Below the pieces are notes generated by a model that was not told the DNA's origin, searched no databases, and saw nothing but the letters and a program-made list of their open reading frames with translations. A DNA stretch of 64,000 bases from Gemmatimonadota bacterium (GTDB lineage: Bacteria > Gemmatimonadota > Gemmatimonadetes > Longimicrobiales > Gaopeijiaceae): NCBI GenBank assembly GCA_039589315.1, contig JBDHHQ010000016.1, positions 1-64,000 of the forward strand, written 5' to 3'. A program made the translations under genes and the position numbers. This document shows, in pieces, positions 17,663 through 26,175 of the stretch (position 1 is its first letter; every line of letters starts with the position of its first letter).

Positions 17663-20404
17663 TCACTCGTACCGCAGCGCCTGCATGGGATCGACCCGGG
17701 CGGCCCTCCGAGCCGGCAGCCACGTGGCGGCGGCGGCGACGCCGGCGAAGCCCAAGACCACGATCAGGAACGTGGCCGGGTCCTGGACCTCCACCCCGTA
17801 GAGCAGCGACGAAAGGAAGCGGGTCAGGGCCAGGGACGCGACCACTCCTACCACCACACCCAGTCCAGCCATGGCCATGCCGCGGCGCAACATCATGCCC
17901 ACGACCTGCCCCCGTTCTGCCCCCAGGGCTAGGCGAATCCCTATCTCCTGGGTGCGTTGGCTCACGCCATAGGCGATCACGCCCCAGATCCCCACCACGG
18001 CCAGGAGCACGGCAACGGCCGAGAACAGACCCAGCAGGACGGTAGTGAACCGCGGCTGGGCGACGGAGTCCCGCAGTATGTCGGCCACGGTGCGCACGTT
18101 GGACAGGGGCAGCGTCGGGTCCATCCCCCTCACCTGCTCCTGCACGGGCCGGACGAGAGCCCCTGGATCGCCCGCCGTCTTCACGACGAGCGTCATGGCC
18201 CTCCGCGGCCCTCCGGACGCGACGTGCCATTGCTGGAGCGGGATGTAGAACTTCTGCTTGATCTCGACCGTCATGCCGTTGTGGCGGAGGTCGCCGACCA
18301 CCCCCACGATCGTGACCGGCGGCATATCGCCACTGCCACCCATCTGGAATCGCTGCCCGATCGGGTCCCGGCCTCCGAAGTAGCGACGGACGAAGGCCTC
18401 GTTGACCATGGCCACCGGCAAGGCATCGGCATCGTCCAGCTCGGTGAAGGTCCGGCCGCTGACGAGCTCGATCCCCATGGCCTCGACGTAGCCGGGAGCG
18501 GCGATCTGCCAGTCTCCGGGCGTCGACTCCCCCTCTGCCCGTTCGTAGGCCTCGATCCTCAGCCCCCAGTCCCCGATCTGGGAGGCCAGCGGCAGGATTC
18601 TGGTGGCCGAAGCGATCTCCACGCCGGGTAGCTCACCGATCCGCCGAATCAACTCCGAGAAGAACGCGTTGGTGTCCTCCGCGTCGGGGTAGCTGGCCTG
18701 TGGCAAGCTGATCCCCATGGTGAGGACCCGGTCGCCCCGGAACCCGGGATCCAGGCTGGTGAGCTCGACGAAGGTCCGGACCATCAGGCCAGCACCCATG
18801 ACCAGCACGACCGCCAGCGCCATCTCGGCGGATACCAGGATCCCCTGCCACCCCTGCCTGTGGCCTCGACCGGTGCCGCCGGCGGTACGTTCCGTGAGGC
18901 TCACCCGCAGGTCGCCCCGGGCTGTCCGGAGCGCGGGGAGCGTGCCGAACAGGAAGGCGGTCATCAGCGTGAGCAAGCCGGCGAACAGGAGCACCGTGCC
19001 GTCCAGGGTCACGAGCTCCAGGCGCGGCAGATTCCCCGGCTCCAGCGCCATGAGAGCTTCGGTGCCGGCGTACGCGACGACCAGTCCCAATGCGCCGCCC
19101 AGGGTCGCCAGCACGACGCTTTCGGTCAGGAGCTGACGGACCAGCCGCTTCCGGGCCGCGCCCAGGGCCGTGCGCACAGCGAGCTCCTGCTGGCGACGCC
19201 GGCTGCGGGTCAGAAGCAGGTTGGCCACGTTGGCGCAGGCGATGAGCAGCACGAAGCCCACCGCCGCCAGGAGCACGATCAGGGCCGGACGGACCTGTCC
19301 GAGCACGTCATCGGCGGCCGAGTACACCAAGGCGGCGAACTGCTGCGACTCCGGATAGAGACCCTCGGCCTTCAGGCGGCCGACGATGTTGTCCAGGTCC
19401 CGCTGCGCGTCATCTGCACTGAAGCCGGCGCGCAAGCGTCCCACCACGTGGAAGCCGTGGCTGCCGCCCCGCTGGGGGAAGTCGACCCGAGCCTGCCGGT
19501 CGACCCAATAGGGGAAGTACAGCTCGGTGGGGCTCTGCGCCTCGAAGCCCGTCGGCAGGCGAAAGCCCGGAGGTAGCACGCCAATCAGCGTCCTGGCACG
19601 GCCGTTCACCTGGACGCTGTTACCCACGATCCCGGGATCGCCGGCGAACCGCCGCTGCCAGGTCTCATATGCGATGACGACGACGTCGCTCGGCAGGGTG
19701 TCCGTGGCGAGCGTCTCCTCGACGCTGAACCAACGTCCGACCGCGGGTTGCACCTCGAGCACCGCCAGGAGGTTCTCGGTCACGCCGGCCGCCCGCACCC
19801 GCTCCGGGCTCTGCGGATCGGTGAAGGCGGCGTTGGTCTCGTACCAGAGCGCCATGTCCTCGAACGTCCGGTTCTCCTGAGCGTAGTTCTGGTACTCGGC
19901 CTGCGAGACCCACGTCTTGGGAAAGCCCACCCAACTGCTCCAGACGGTGGCGACCCCATCCGGATCGCCGTAGGGCAGCGGCCGAAGGAGCACACCGTTC
20001 ACGACCCCGAAGATCGCCGCGTTGGCCCCGATGCCGAGAGCCAGCGTCAGCACCGCCACAGTCGCGAAGCCAGGGCTCCGCCGGAGCGTCCGCAACGCGT
20101 ATCCCAGGTCCTGCTTGAATCCGTCCACCATCGCCTCCCTTCCCCACTTCCGTTTCGCGTCCAGACCGATTCTCGCTTCACCGTCGCCGGCATCGGTCCG
20201 CGCCCGGCGGCTCCACTGCCGAACGAGATTGACCGCCAGGTCGGAGCCGATCTCCAACCACAACCGCATGTGGCCCCTGGCGCCCCGGTAGCGAGGCTCC
20301 GCTCGCTGAGACCGGAACGCATCCAGCATCTCGGGGCCGTACGCCTCCCGGAACGTCCTCGGATAGAGCCGCAGCAACGCTCGAAACACACCCTCACCAC
20401 TCAC
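17663..20404 (-). CDS. ADOP family duplicated ABC permease, copy 2
   Basis: LLRLYPRTFREAYG prefix; LALGIGANAAIF, LLIACANVANLLL, EIGIRLALGA, VDPMQALRYE. Confidence 0.93.
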   Translation of the reverse strand: MSGEGVFRALLRLYPRTFREAYGPEMLDAFRSQRAEPRYRGARGHMRLWLEIGSDLAVNLVRQWSRRARTDAGDGEARIGLDAKRKWGREAMVDGFKQDLGYALRTLRRSPGFATVAVLTLALGIGANAAIFGVVNGVLLRPLPYGDPDGVATVWSSWVGFPKTWVSQAEYQNYAQENRTFEDMALWYETNAAFTDPQSPERVRAAGVTENLLAVLEVQPAVGRWFSVEETLATDTLPSDVVVIAYETWQRRFAGDPGIVGNSVQVNGRARTLIGVLPPGFRLPTGFEAQSPTELYFPYWVDRQARVDFPQRGGSHGFHVVGRLRAGFSADDAQRDLDNIVGRLKAEGLYPESQQFAALVYSAADDVLGQVRPALIVLLAAVGFVLLIACANVANLLLTRSRRRQQELAVRTALGAARKRLVRQLLTESVVLATLGGALGLVVAYAGTEALMALEPGNLPRLELVTLDGTVLLFAGLLTLMTAFLFGTLPALRTARGDLRVSLTERTAGGTGRGHRQGWQGILVSAEMALAVVLVMGAGLMVRTFVELTSLDPGFRGDRVLTMGISLPQASYPDAEDTNAFFSELIRRIGELPGVEIASATRILPLASQIGDWGLRIEAYERAEGESTPGDWQIAAPGYVEAMGIELVSGRTFTELDDADALPVAMVNEAFVRRYFGGRDPIGQRFQMGGSGDMPPVTIVGVVGDLRHNGMTVEIKQKFYIPLQQWHVASGGPRRAMTLVVKTAGDPGALVRPVQEQVRGMDPTLPLSNVRTVADILRDSVAQPRFTTVLLGLFSAVAVLLAVVGIWGVIAYGVSQRTQEIGIRLALGAERGQVVGMMLRRGMAMAGLGVVVGVVASLALTRFLSSLLYGVEVQDPATFLIVVLGFAGVAAAATWLPARRAARVDPMQALRYE

Positions 20405-20484
20405 GTCTTCCTCCCCTCCCTGCGTTCGGACCCGGGTGCCGTAGCCCCTCCGTCCGTCCGCTGCTCCGCCGCATCACGTCCCAC

Positions 20485-20853
20485 TCAGCTCCGCGTCGGC
20501 GGCGTGGCTATTACGGCACGGGCAAAATCCACGACCCGGCCCAGGCGCCGGACTTCGGCTTCCAGAGCGGCCCGGCCCAGCGGCGTCAGTGCGTAGTACC
20601 GACGCTGAGAGTGGTCTTCGCCCGGCGGCGGGCGGGAATCCGACTCCTCGATGAGGCCGAGCTCCCGTCCGCGCTGGATCGTGGTGTAGAGAGTCCCGGG
20701 ACCCATGCGAACCACGCCCTGGCTCAGCGCCTCCACCTCCTGCTTGATGGCGTAGCCGTGGCTCGGTCCCTCGTGCAGCGCGAGCAGCAGATGGAAGGCG
20801 CTTCGGGAGAGGGGCAGCAGCTTCTCCAACTGGCCTGATGTGGGATCGGTCAT
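20485..20853 (-). CDS. PadR family transcriptional regulator
   Basis: FHLLLAL, HGYAI, MGPGTLYTTI, RRYYALTPLGR. Confidence 0.92.
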   Translation of the reverse strand: MTDPTSGQLEKLLPLSRSAFHLLLALHEGPSHGYAIKQEVEALSQGVVRMGPGTLYTTIQRGRELGLIEESDSRPPPGEDHSQRRYYALTPLGRAALEAEVRRLGRVVDFARAVIATPPTRS

Positions 20854-20956
20854 CCTGTTCTTCCTCCGCTTCGATGCCTCGGGTCTGGGCCCCGGGCCGG
20901 GGAGCGCGTCCTACGAGCCCGACTCAGGACGCTTCGTGCGAGCCACACAGCTGAAT

Positions 20957-21027
20957 CATATCGAACTTCGACCTATCGAATGTCGATATGTTAGATCGAG
21001 GATACACCATCCCGCTCGACATGTCCA
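20957..21027 (-). promoter_or_regulatory. Promoter and tandem palindromic operator for PadR-ADOP module 2
   Basis: Minus strand TGGACA (21022-21027)-N17-TATCCT (20999-21004). CATATCGAACTTCGACCTATCGAATGTCGATATG (20957-20990) contains two TCGA-N3-TCGA units. Confidence 0.7.
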
Positions 21028-21219
21028 GTGAGACGGTCGGAGAGTGCGGACGGTTGGAAACGACCGGTCCCCGGTCTATCGTTGCGTGGAAGGCCATGGT
21101 TCCAGGAGGCGCTGTGGGCTGAGTCGCGAGCGACGGCCGCCTCGCTCGAGGCGAGCGCCGGCAAGCCTGTCCCGGACCCGCCGCCCGCGACCGGGCCCGG
21201 ACCCCAACCCCATTGACGC

Positions 21220-21699
21220 ATGAACGACGACGGCCGTGCTCTGCTCCGCCACACCGTGGCGACCCTCGCCTACCGTTCCCGCAAGGTCCTCCGCGACGCT
21301 CCCGAAGGATTCGCGGACGTGCGCGCCGCGCCCGGCTCACGGCGAGCGGGTCGCATCCTGGCCCACATGGGTGACCTGTTGGACTGGGGCTGCCACCTGG
21401 CCAACGGCGAGCACATCTGGAACGACTCCCGCCCCCTGCCCTGGTACGAGGAAGTCGGCCGCTACTATGGGGCGCTCGAGACGTTCGACCGTCGGCTGGC
21501 GGGCGATGCGCCACTGCAGTGCACTCCGGAGCGACTGTTTCAGGGACCCGTAGCCGATGCCCTGTGGCACCTGGGTCAGCTGGCCCTCCTCCGCCGCGTC
21601 GGCGACGCGCCCATCCGGGGCGAGAACTACTTCAGGGCGGAGATCACGAGCGGGCGAGTGGGGCCGGATCAGGCGGAGCCCAGACGGGAGTTCGGATGA
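21220..21699 (+). CDS. DinB/YfiT-like four-helix-bundle hypothetical protein
   Basis: ILAHMGDLLDW and ADALWHLGQLALLRR resemble DinB-superfamily His motifs. Confidence 0.65.
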   Translation: MNDDGRALLRHTVATLAYRSRKVLRDAPEGFADVRAAPGSRRAGRILAHMGDLLDWGCHLANGEHIWNDSRPLPWYEEVGRYYGALETFDRRLAGDAPLQCTPERLFQGPVADALWHLGQLALLRRVGDAPIRGENYFRAEITSGRVGPDQAEPRREFG

Positions 21700-21770
21700 T
21701 GGAGGACCACTCCCAACGGGGTGCGTCCGGATCGAGCCAGGCGACACACCGTGAGATACGGGAACGCCGG

Positions 21771-23231
21771 ATGGCGAGGAAGAGGCCCTCCCGATGGACC
21801 GTCCCGGGAGCGATCCTCGCCTCGGCCCTCGCCCTCGTACCGGGCCAGGTCGCCTCACAAGCTCCCGAGCCGGACGACCTGGTCATCCTGGGGGGCACGC
21901 TGTTTCCGGCCACGGACTGGCGCGCCGTTCCCAATCCCGGGATCCTGATCCGCAACGGCTCCATCCTTCGTGTGGGCGTGAGCCTCGCCGAGGCCGCCGC
22001 CTCGGAGAACGTAATCCGACTGCAGCCCGGACACTTCGTGATGCCCGGGATCTTCGACCTCCACGCCCACTACGCCGTCGACCTCTTCGGCCAGGGACGT
22101 GTCGACGAGTACCGGGTGAACCCGGTGACCTTCCTCGCCAACGGCGTCACCGCGACCTTCCCCGCAGGGGAGGTCGACCCCGCTGAGGCCCGGGCCGGCC
22201 GGGAGCGCGTGGCTCGTGGAGAGGTGCCCGGCCCGCGCATCTTCGGCTCGGGTCCATACTACGGTACCGCGCGGCCGGGCTGGTCCGCCGAGGTCATGAC
22301 ACCCGACAGCGTTCGGGCGGAGGTGGATCTCTGGACGGCCCGCGGCGCCCGGGGCTTCAAAGCCAAGGGCATCGACGTGCACCAGCTCCGGGCACTCGTG
22401 GAGCGAGCCCACCTCCACGGGCTGACGGTGACGGCCCACCTGGGCTCGGGCTACCGGAACACCGTCAATCCCCGGGACGCCATCGAGATGGGGATCGACC
22501 GAGTGGAGCACTTCCTCGGAGGCGAGGCGCTCCCGGCCCACCGGCCCGCTTACGCGTCCCTCGAAACCCTGGATCTGACGGACCGGCTCACCCTGGAGCG
22601 GATCGACCGGCAAATCGCCCGCTTCCTCGACCACGGCACGTACTTCGACGCCACCCTGACGGCGTACGGCTACTTCGCCGACCGGGAACCCGCCATCTTC
22701 ACCCGCTGGGAGGACGAGATGGGTTTCTTGACGCCCTTCGCCCGGGAGGCGGTGGAGTCCCGGCTTCCCCGGACCCCTTTGGATCAGTTCCAGCGGATCT
22801 ACTACGTGAAGCGCCAGACGGTGCGGCGATTCTACGAGTCAGGCGGCGGGAACCTGATCACCCTCGGCACGGACCACCCGAGCTGGGGGGAATACCTCTC
22901 GGGCTTCGGCTCTCACCGGGAGCTCCACGCACTCGTGCTCGCGGGGATCCCGGAAGCGGCGGCGCTCCGCATCGCCACCATCAACGGCGCCCGGGCCCTG
23001 GGAGTTGGCGAGCGGCTGGGGACCGTGGAGGCCGGCAAGTATGCCGACCTGATCGTCATCGAGGGCAACCCCCTCGCGAACATCACCGACAGCCGCAACG
23101 TCCGCTGGGTCGTGAAGGCCGGTCAGCTCTACCAGGCGGCCGCGTTGCTGGATTCCGTGCGAGGGACGATGGGTCCCGCCGACGCGTCAGAGGCGGAGTG
23201 GTGGAAGGGGAACCTACGGCTGGGACGGTGA
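21771..23231 (+). CDS. Secreted amidohydrolase family protein (alternative start 21696)
   Basis: Signal peptide; PGIFDLHAH, FKAK, TAHL, VEHF, LGTDH, ATINGARALG...GKYADL. Confidence 0.88.
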   Translation: MARKRPSRWTVPGAILASALALVPGQVASQAPEPDDLVILGGTLFPATDWRAVPNPGILIRNGSILRVGVSLAEAAASENVIRLQPGHFVMPGIFDLHAHYAVDLFGQGRVDEYRVNPVTFLANGVTATFPAGEVDPAEARAGRERVARGEVPGPRIFGSGPYYGTARPGWSAEVMTPDSVRAEVDLWTARGARGFKAKGIDVHQLRALVERAHLHGLTVTAHLGSGYRNTVNPRDAIEMGIDRVEHFLGGEALPAHRPAYASLETLDLTDRLTLERIDRQIARFLDHGTYFDATLTAYGYFADREPAIFTRWEDEMGFLTPFAREAVESRLPRTPLDQFQRIYYVKRQTVRRFYESGGGNLITLGTDHPSWGEYLSGFGSHRELHALVLAGIPEAAALRIATINGARALGVGERLGTVEAGKYADLIVIEGNPLANITDSRNVRWVVKAGQLYQAAALLDSVRGTMGPADASEAEWWKGNLRLGR

Positions 23232-23245
23232 CCCGAGGGACGCCG

Positions 23246-23575
23246 CTACCCCCGCGCACACCCAGCGCAGATGCTCGTCGTAGGCAGGACGTCCAGCCGC
23301 TCGACCTCGATCTCTCCACCGCAAGACGAGCACGACGCGTAGATCCCGTTGTGGATGCGTCGTAGGGCCGTGGCGATCCGCTCGATACGGTCTCGGGCCC
23401 GCCCCTCCAGGGCCTCCAGGACCTCGTCGTTCTCCAGGAACTGGGCCTTGTCGGACCAGTCGGAAGGGACGTCGCGGTCCTGGTTCCGAAGGTGATCGGA
23501 AAGTCTGCCGTGCTTGCGGACCTCTGCCTCGAGCTCGGCCTCGAGCCGGGTGCGCAGCTCATTCAGATCGGACAT
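23246..23575 (-). CDS. TraR/DksA C4-type zinc finger protein
   Basis: Coiled coil with DWSDKA (DxxDxA tip), CSSC...CAGC, ERLDVLP. Confidence 0.9.
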   Translation of the reverse strand: MSDLNELRTRLEAELEAEVRKHGRLSDHLRNQDRDVPSDWSDKAQFLENDEVLEALEGRARDRIERIATALRRIHNGIYASCSSCGGEIEVERLDVLPTTSICAGCARG

Positions 23576-23801
23576 CACTCCTCCACTGAGCGTCGGCAGC
23601 TGGACGACGGGTCGTTGCGATGCTGAAGGGGCTGCGGAACCAGGCAAGTAGCCGGACTGCGGAGCCGGTGGTCTAATAACTTGGGCCTAAGGGGCCCTGT
23701 CTGTCGAGGGAATCCAGGTCCCGTCGGACTCGCGGCCTGGCACCGATCCGCCCCGCCGGGCCGGTGGTGCGGGCAGTCACTCCGGGGGCGCGCTTGCCCC
23801 T

Positions 23802-26135
23802 CTAGCCGCCCAGTCGAGCCATTGCGTCCCGAGCTTCGGCGAGACGGGGGTTATCCGGATCAGCCTGCTCGTAGTTCATCAGCAGCGCGTTCCATTCGGC
23901 CCGAGCCCGCTCCTCGTCGCCCAGCTCCTCGGCCAGGCCCGCCATCCTGTAGTGGGCGTACGACCGCAGGTCCCCATTGAGCAGGAGCTCGTACCAGTGG
24001 AGGGCTTCCTGCCGACGGCCCATGGCCTCATAGGCCTCGGCCAGCCAGAGCCTCACGGCAGCGTCACGCCCCGGAGCCACCTGCCCCTGCACCCGCTCCA
24101 GGATCGTTCGGGCTCCGTTGGCGTCGCCCTGGCGAAGCCGCCCGTAGGCCTCGATCGCCTCGCTGGCCACGCGGGTGCGACGCGCCTGGAGCGTGTCCCC
24201 CGTCTCGGCCAGCGAGTCCGCCCGGAGCGGTAGGAAGTCCACGAAGCTCCGGTGCCGATCCCAGTCCCCTTCTTCGGCTGCGAACGCCGCCGCCGACCAC
24301 GCATCACAGTTCCTGGGATCACAGCTCCGGAGCGCCGCCGCGTCCAGCATCTCGTCCGGTTGGCTTCTGGCGAACCGGTGCAGCAAGTAGGCGTGGCGGG
24401 CCTCGGGGCCGCCCTGAAGCGAGTCTCGCAGCATGGCCTCGGCGGTGACCCACCGGCCCTGGTTCGCCGCGATGCGGAGGAGTGCGTAGTTCCAGCCGGG
24501 TTGGCCCGTGCGTTCACGGAAGGTCTCGGCGATGAGACGCGTGGCTTCGAGGTTTTCGGACCGATAGGCGTATTGCCCCCACAGGATGCTCAGGTCGCGC
24601 TCATCGAGCTCCATGGCGGCAGCCGCCCCGGCCGCCCTCTCGGTCGCATCGCCCAGGAACAGGTCGAAGGCGACGTATTGCTCGGGGTTGGCCTGCTTGC
24701 TGCCCGAGAGCTGCTCGTACGCGCCCATGGCTGTCCGCGCGGCCTCCCGGTCGCCCCGAAGGATGGCCACGTCCGCGGCGTGCACGTGGTACGGAGCGAA
24801 GGATGGATCGAGATCGACGGCCCGGGTGATGGCCTCCTCGGCGTCCGCGTACGTCCCCTGGGTCACCTCCCCCAGATGGAAGTAGGTCTCGCCCAGGAGG
24901 AACCAGATCTCGGGATCGTCCGGGTACTTCCGAACGGCGCTCTCCAGGTCCTCCAGGTACGACAGGTCCCCGGAGTAGAGAGCGTTGCCGGCGGCGACCA
25001 GGATGGCGTTCCTGGGGGTGAGCCGATCCATCACCGCGATCGATCGTTCGCCCAGCTCCACCGCTCGCTCGCTGCCGATATTTTCGAGCCAACCGTACGT
25101 GTCGGACAAGCGGAACAGGGCCAGGGCGAAGTCGGGATCGGCTTCCAGCGCCCGCTCGTAGGCATCGACCGCCTGAGGAAACTCGGCGTGCCGGTAGTGC
25201 CGCTCGCCCTCCAGATAGGCCCGCAGAGCCGGAAGCGATGACGTGGTGAGATCGGCGAGGTTCCTGCTCGTCGCCAACTCCTCGCCCCCGCCGGCCATCA
25301 GCGCCCGCACGGTCTCCACCGAGAGGCGGTCGACGAGCTCCATGACCTCGTCGGGGGAGCCCTCGGCCTGAGCGCTGCCGATCTCCCGCCCATCCGAGAG
25401 GTCGTAAACCTCGGTGACCAGTCGCAGGTTGTCGCCGACGCCCACGGCGCTTCCCACCACGGCGTAGCGGGCTCCGGTCCGGCCGGCGACCCTGAGCGAG
25501 GTCTGCAGGTCGGGCGCCTCGTCGTCCTCGACGACCTCCCGCCAGCGGGCGATCACGGTCCGGCTGTCGATGGCCCGGAAGCCGCCCATGCCGTCCAGGT
25601 TGGTGGATAGCAGGTCGACCATCCCTTCCTGCCATACCTCGAGCTCCGCGCCGCTCACCTTGAAGGGAACGACGGCGATCCCTTCGTCCGCGTCGGTAGC
25701 GCCCACCTCCGTGGGTCCCAGCTCCACGACGGGACGACCGCTGTAGCCCACGTAGATCCCAGCACCACCGAACAGCAGAGCCAGCGCCACGACGCCCCCC
25801 ATGATGGCACGACCCCACGTGAGGTGGGGCAGCCTGCCGGCCTTGAGACTGGCGAGAGCGTCGCCGGGAGCGATCTCCCAGTCCGTGGGGAGCTCGCCGG
25901 CCGCTTCACCGGCGGTGGTCGCGGGCAGCGACTGGATCCACGTGGTGGCCAGGATCACCACCAGCCCCACCAGGAGCAGGATTACCGCCACGGGTGGCAC
26001 CCACTCCGGAAGGGACAGCGCTTCCGTGAGCGTCTCCGCAATCTGGAGGACGACCCAGGAAGCGCCCAGGTAGACCAGCAGCACCTGGACGACGCGCGCG
26101 CGCCGAAGGCGCTCCCACAGTGGCGGGTTGGTCAT
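23802..26135 (-). CDS. Membrane-anchored TolB-N-like/TPR-repeat protein
   Basis: N-terminal TMs (RVVQVLLVYLGASW), IAVVPF, TTSSLPALRAYLEGE, ALEADPDFALA and several TPR-like repeats. Confidence 0.75.
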   Translation of the reverse strand: MTNPPLWERLRRARVVQVLLVYLGASWVVLQIAETLTEALSLPEWVPPVAVILLLVGLVVILATTWIQSLPATTAGEAAGELPTDWEIAPGDALASLKAGRLPHLTWGRAIMGGVVALALLFGGAGIYVGYSGRPVVELGPTEVGATDADEGIAVVPFKVSGAELEVWQEGMVDLLSTNLDGMGGFRAIDSRTVIARWREVVEDDEAPDLQTSLRVAGRTGARYAVVGSAVGVGDNLRLVTEVYDLSDGREIGSAQAEGSPDEVMELVDRLSVETVRALMAGGGEELATSRNLADLTTSSLPALRAYLEGERHYRHAEFPQAVDAYERALEADPDFALALFRLSDTYGWLENIGSERAVELGERSIAVMDRLTPRNAILVAAGNALYSGDLSYLEDLESAVRKYPDDPEIWFLLGETYFHLGEVTQGTYADAEEAITRAVDLDPSFAPYHVHAADVAILRGDREAARTAMGAYEQLSGSKQANPEQYVAFDLFLGDATERAAGAAAAMELDERDLSILWGQYAYRSENLEATRLIAETFRERTGQPGWNYALLRIAANQGRWVTAEAMLRDSLQGGPEARHAYLLHRFARSQPDEMLDAAALRSCDPRNCDAWSAAAFAAEEGDWDRHRSFVDFLPLRADSLAETGDTLQARRTRVASEAIEAYGRLRQGDANGARTILERVQGQVAPGRDAAVRLWLAEAYEAMGRRQEALHWYELLLNGDLRSYAHYRMAGLAEELGDEERARAEWNALLMNYEQADPDNPRLAEARDAMARLGG

Positions 26136-26175
26136 GCCGGCCAAGATACAGTGGGATCCGAATCGGCGGAAAGGA

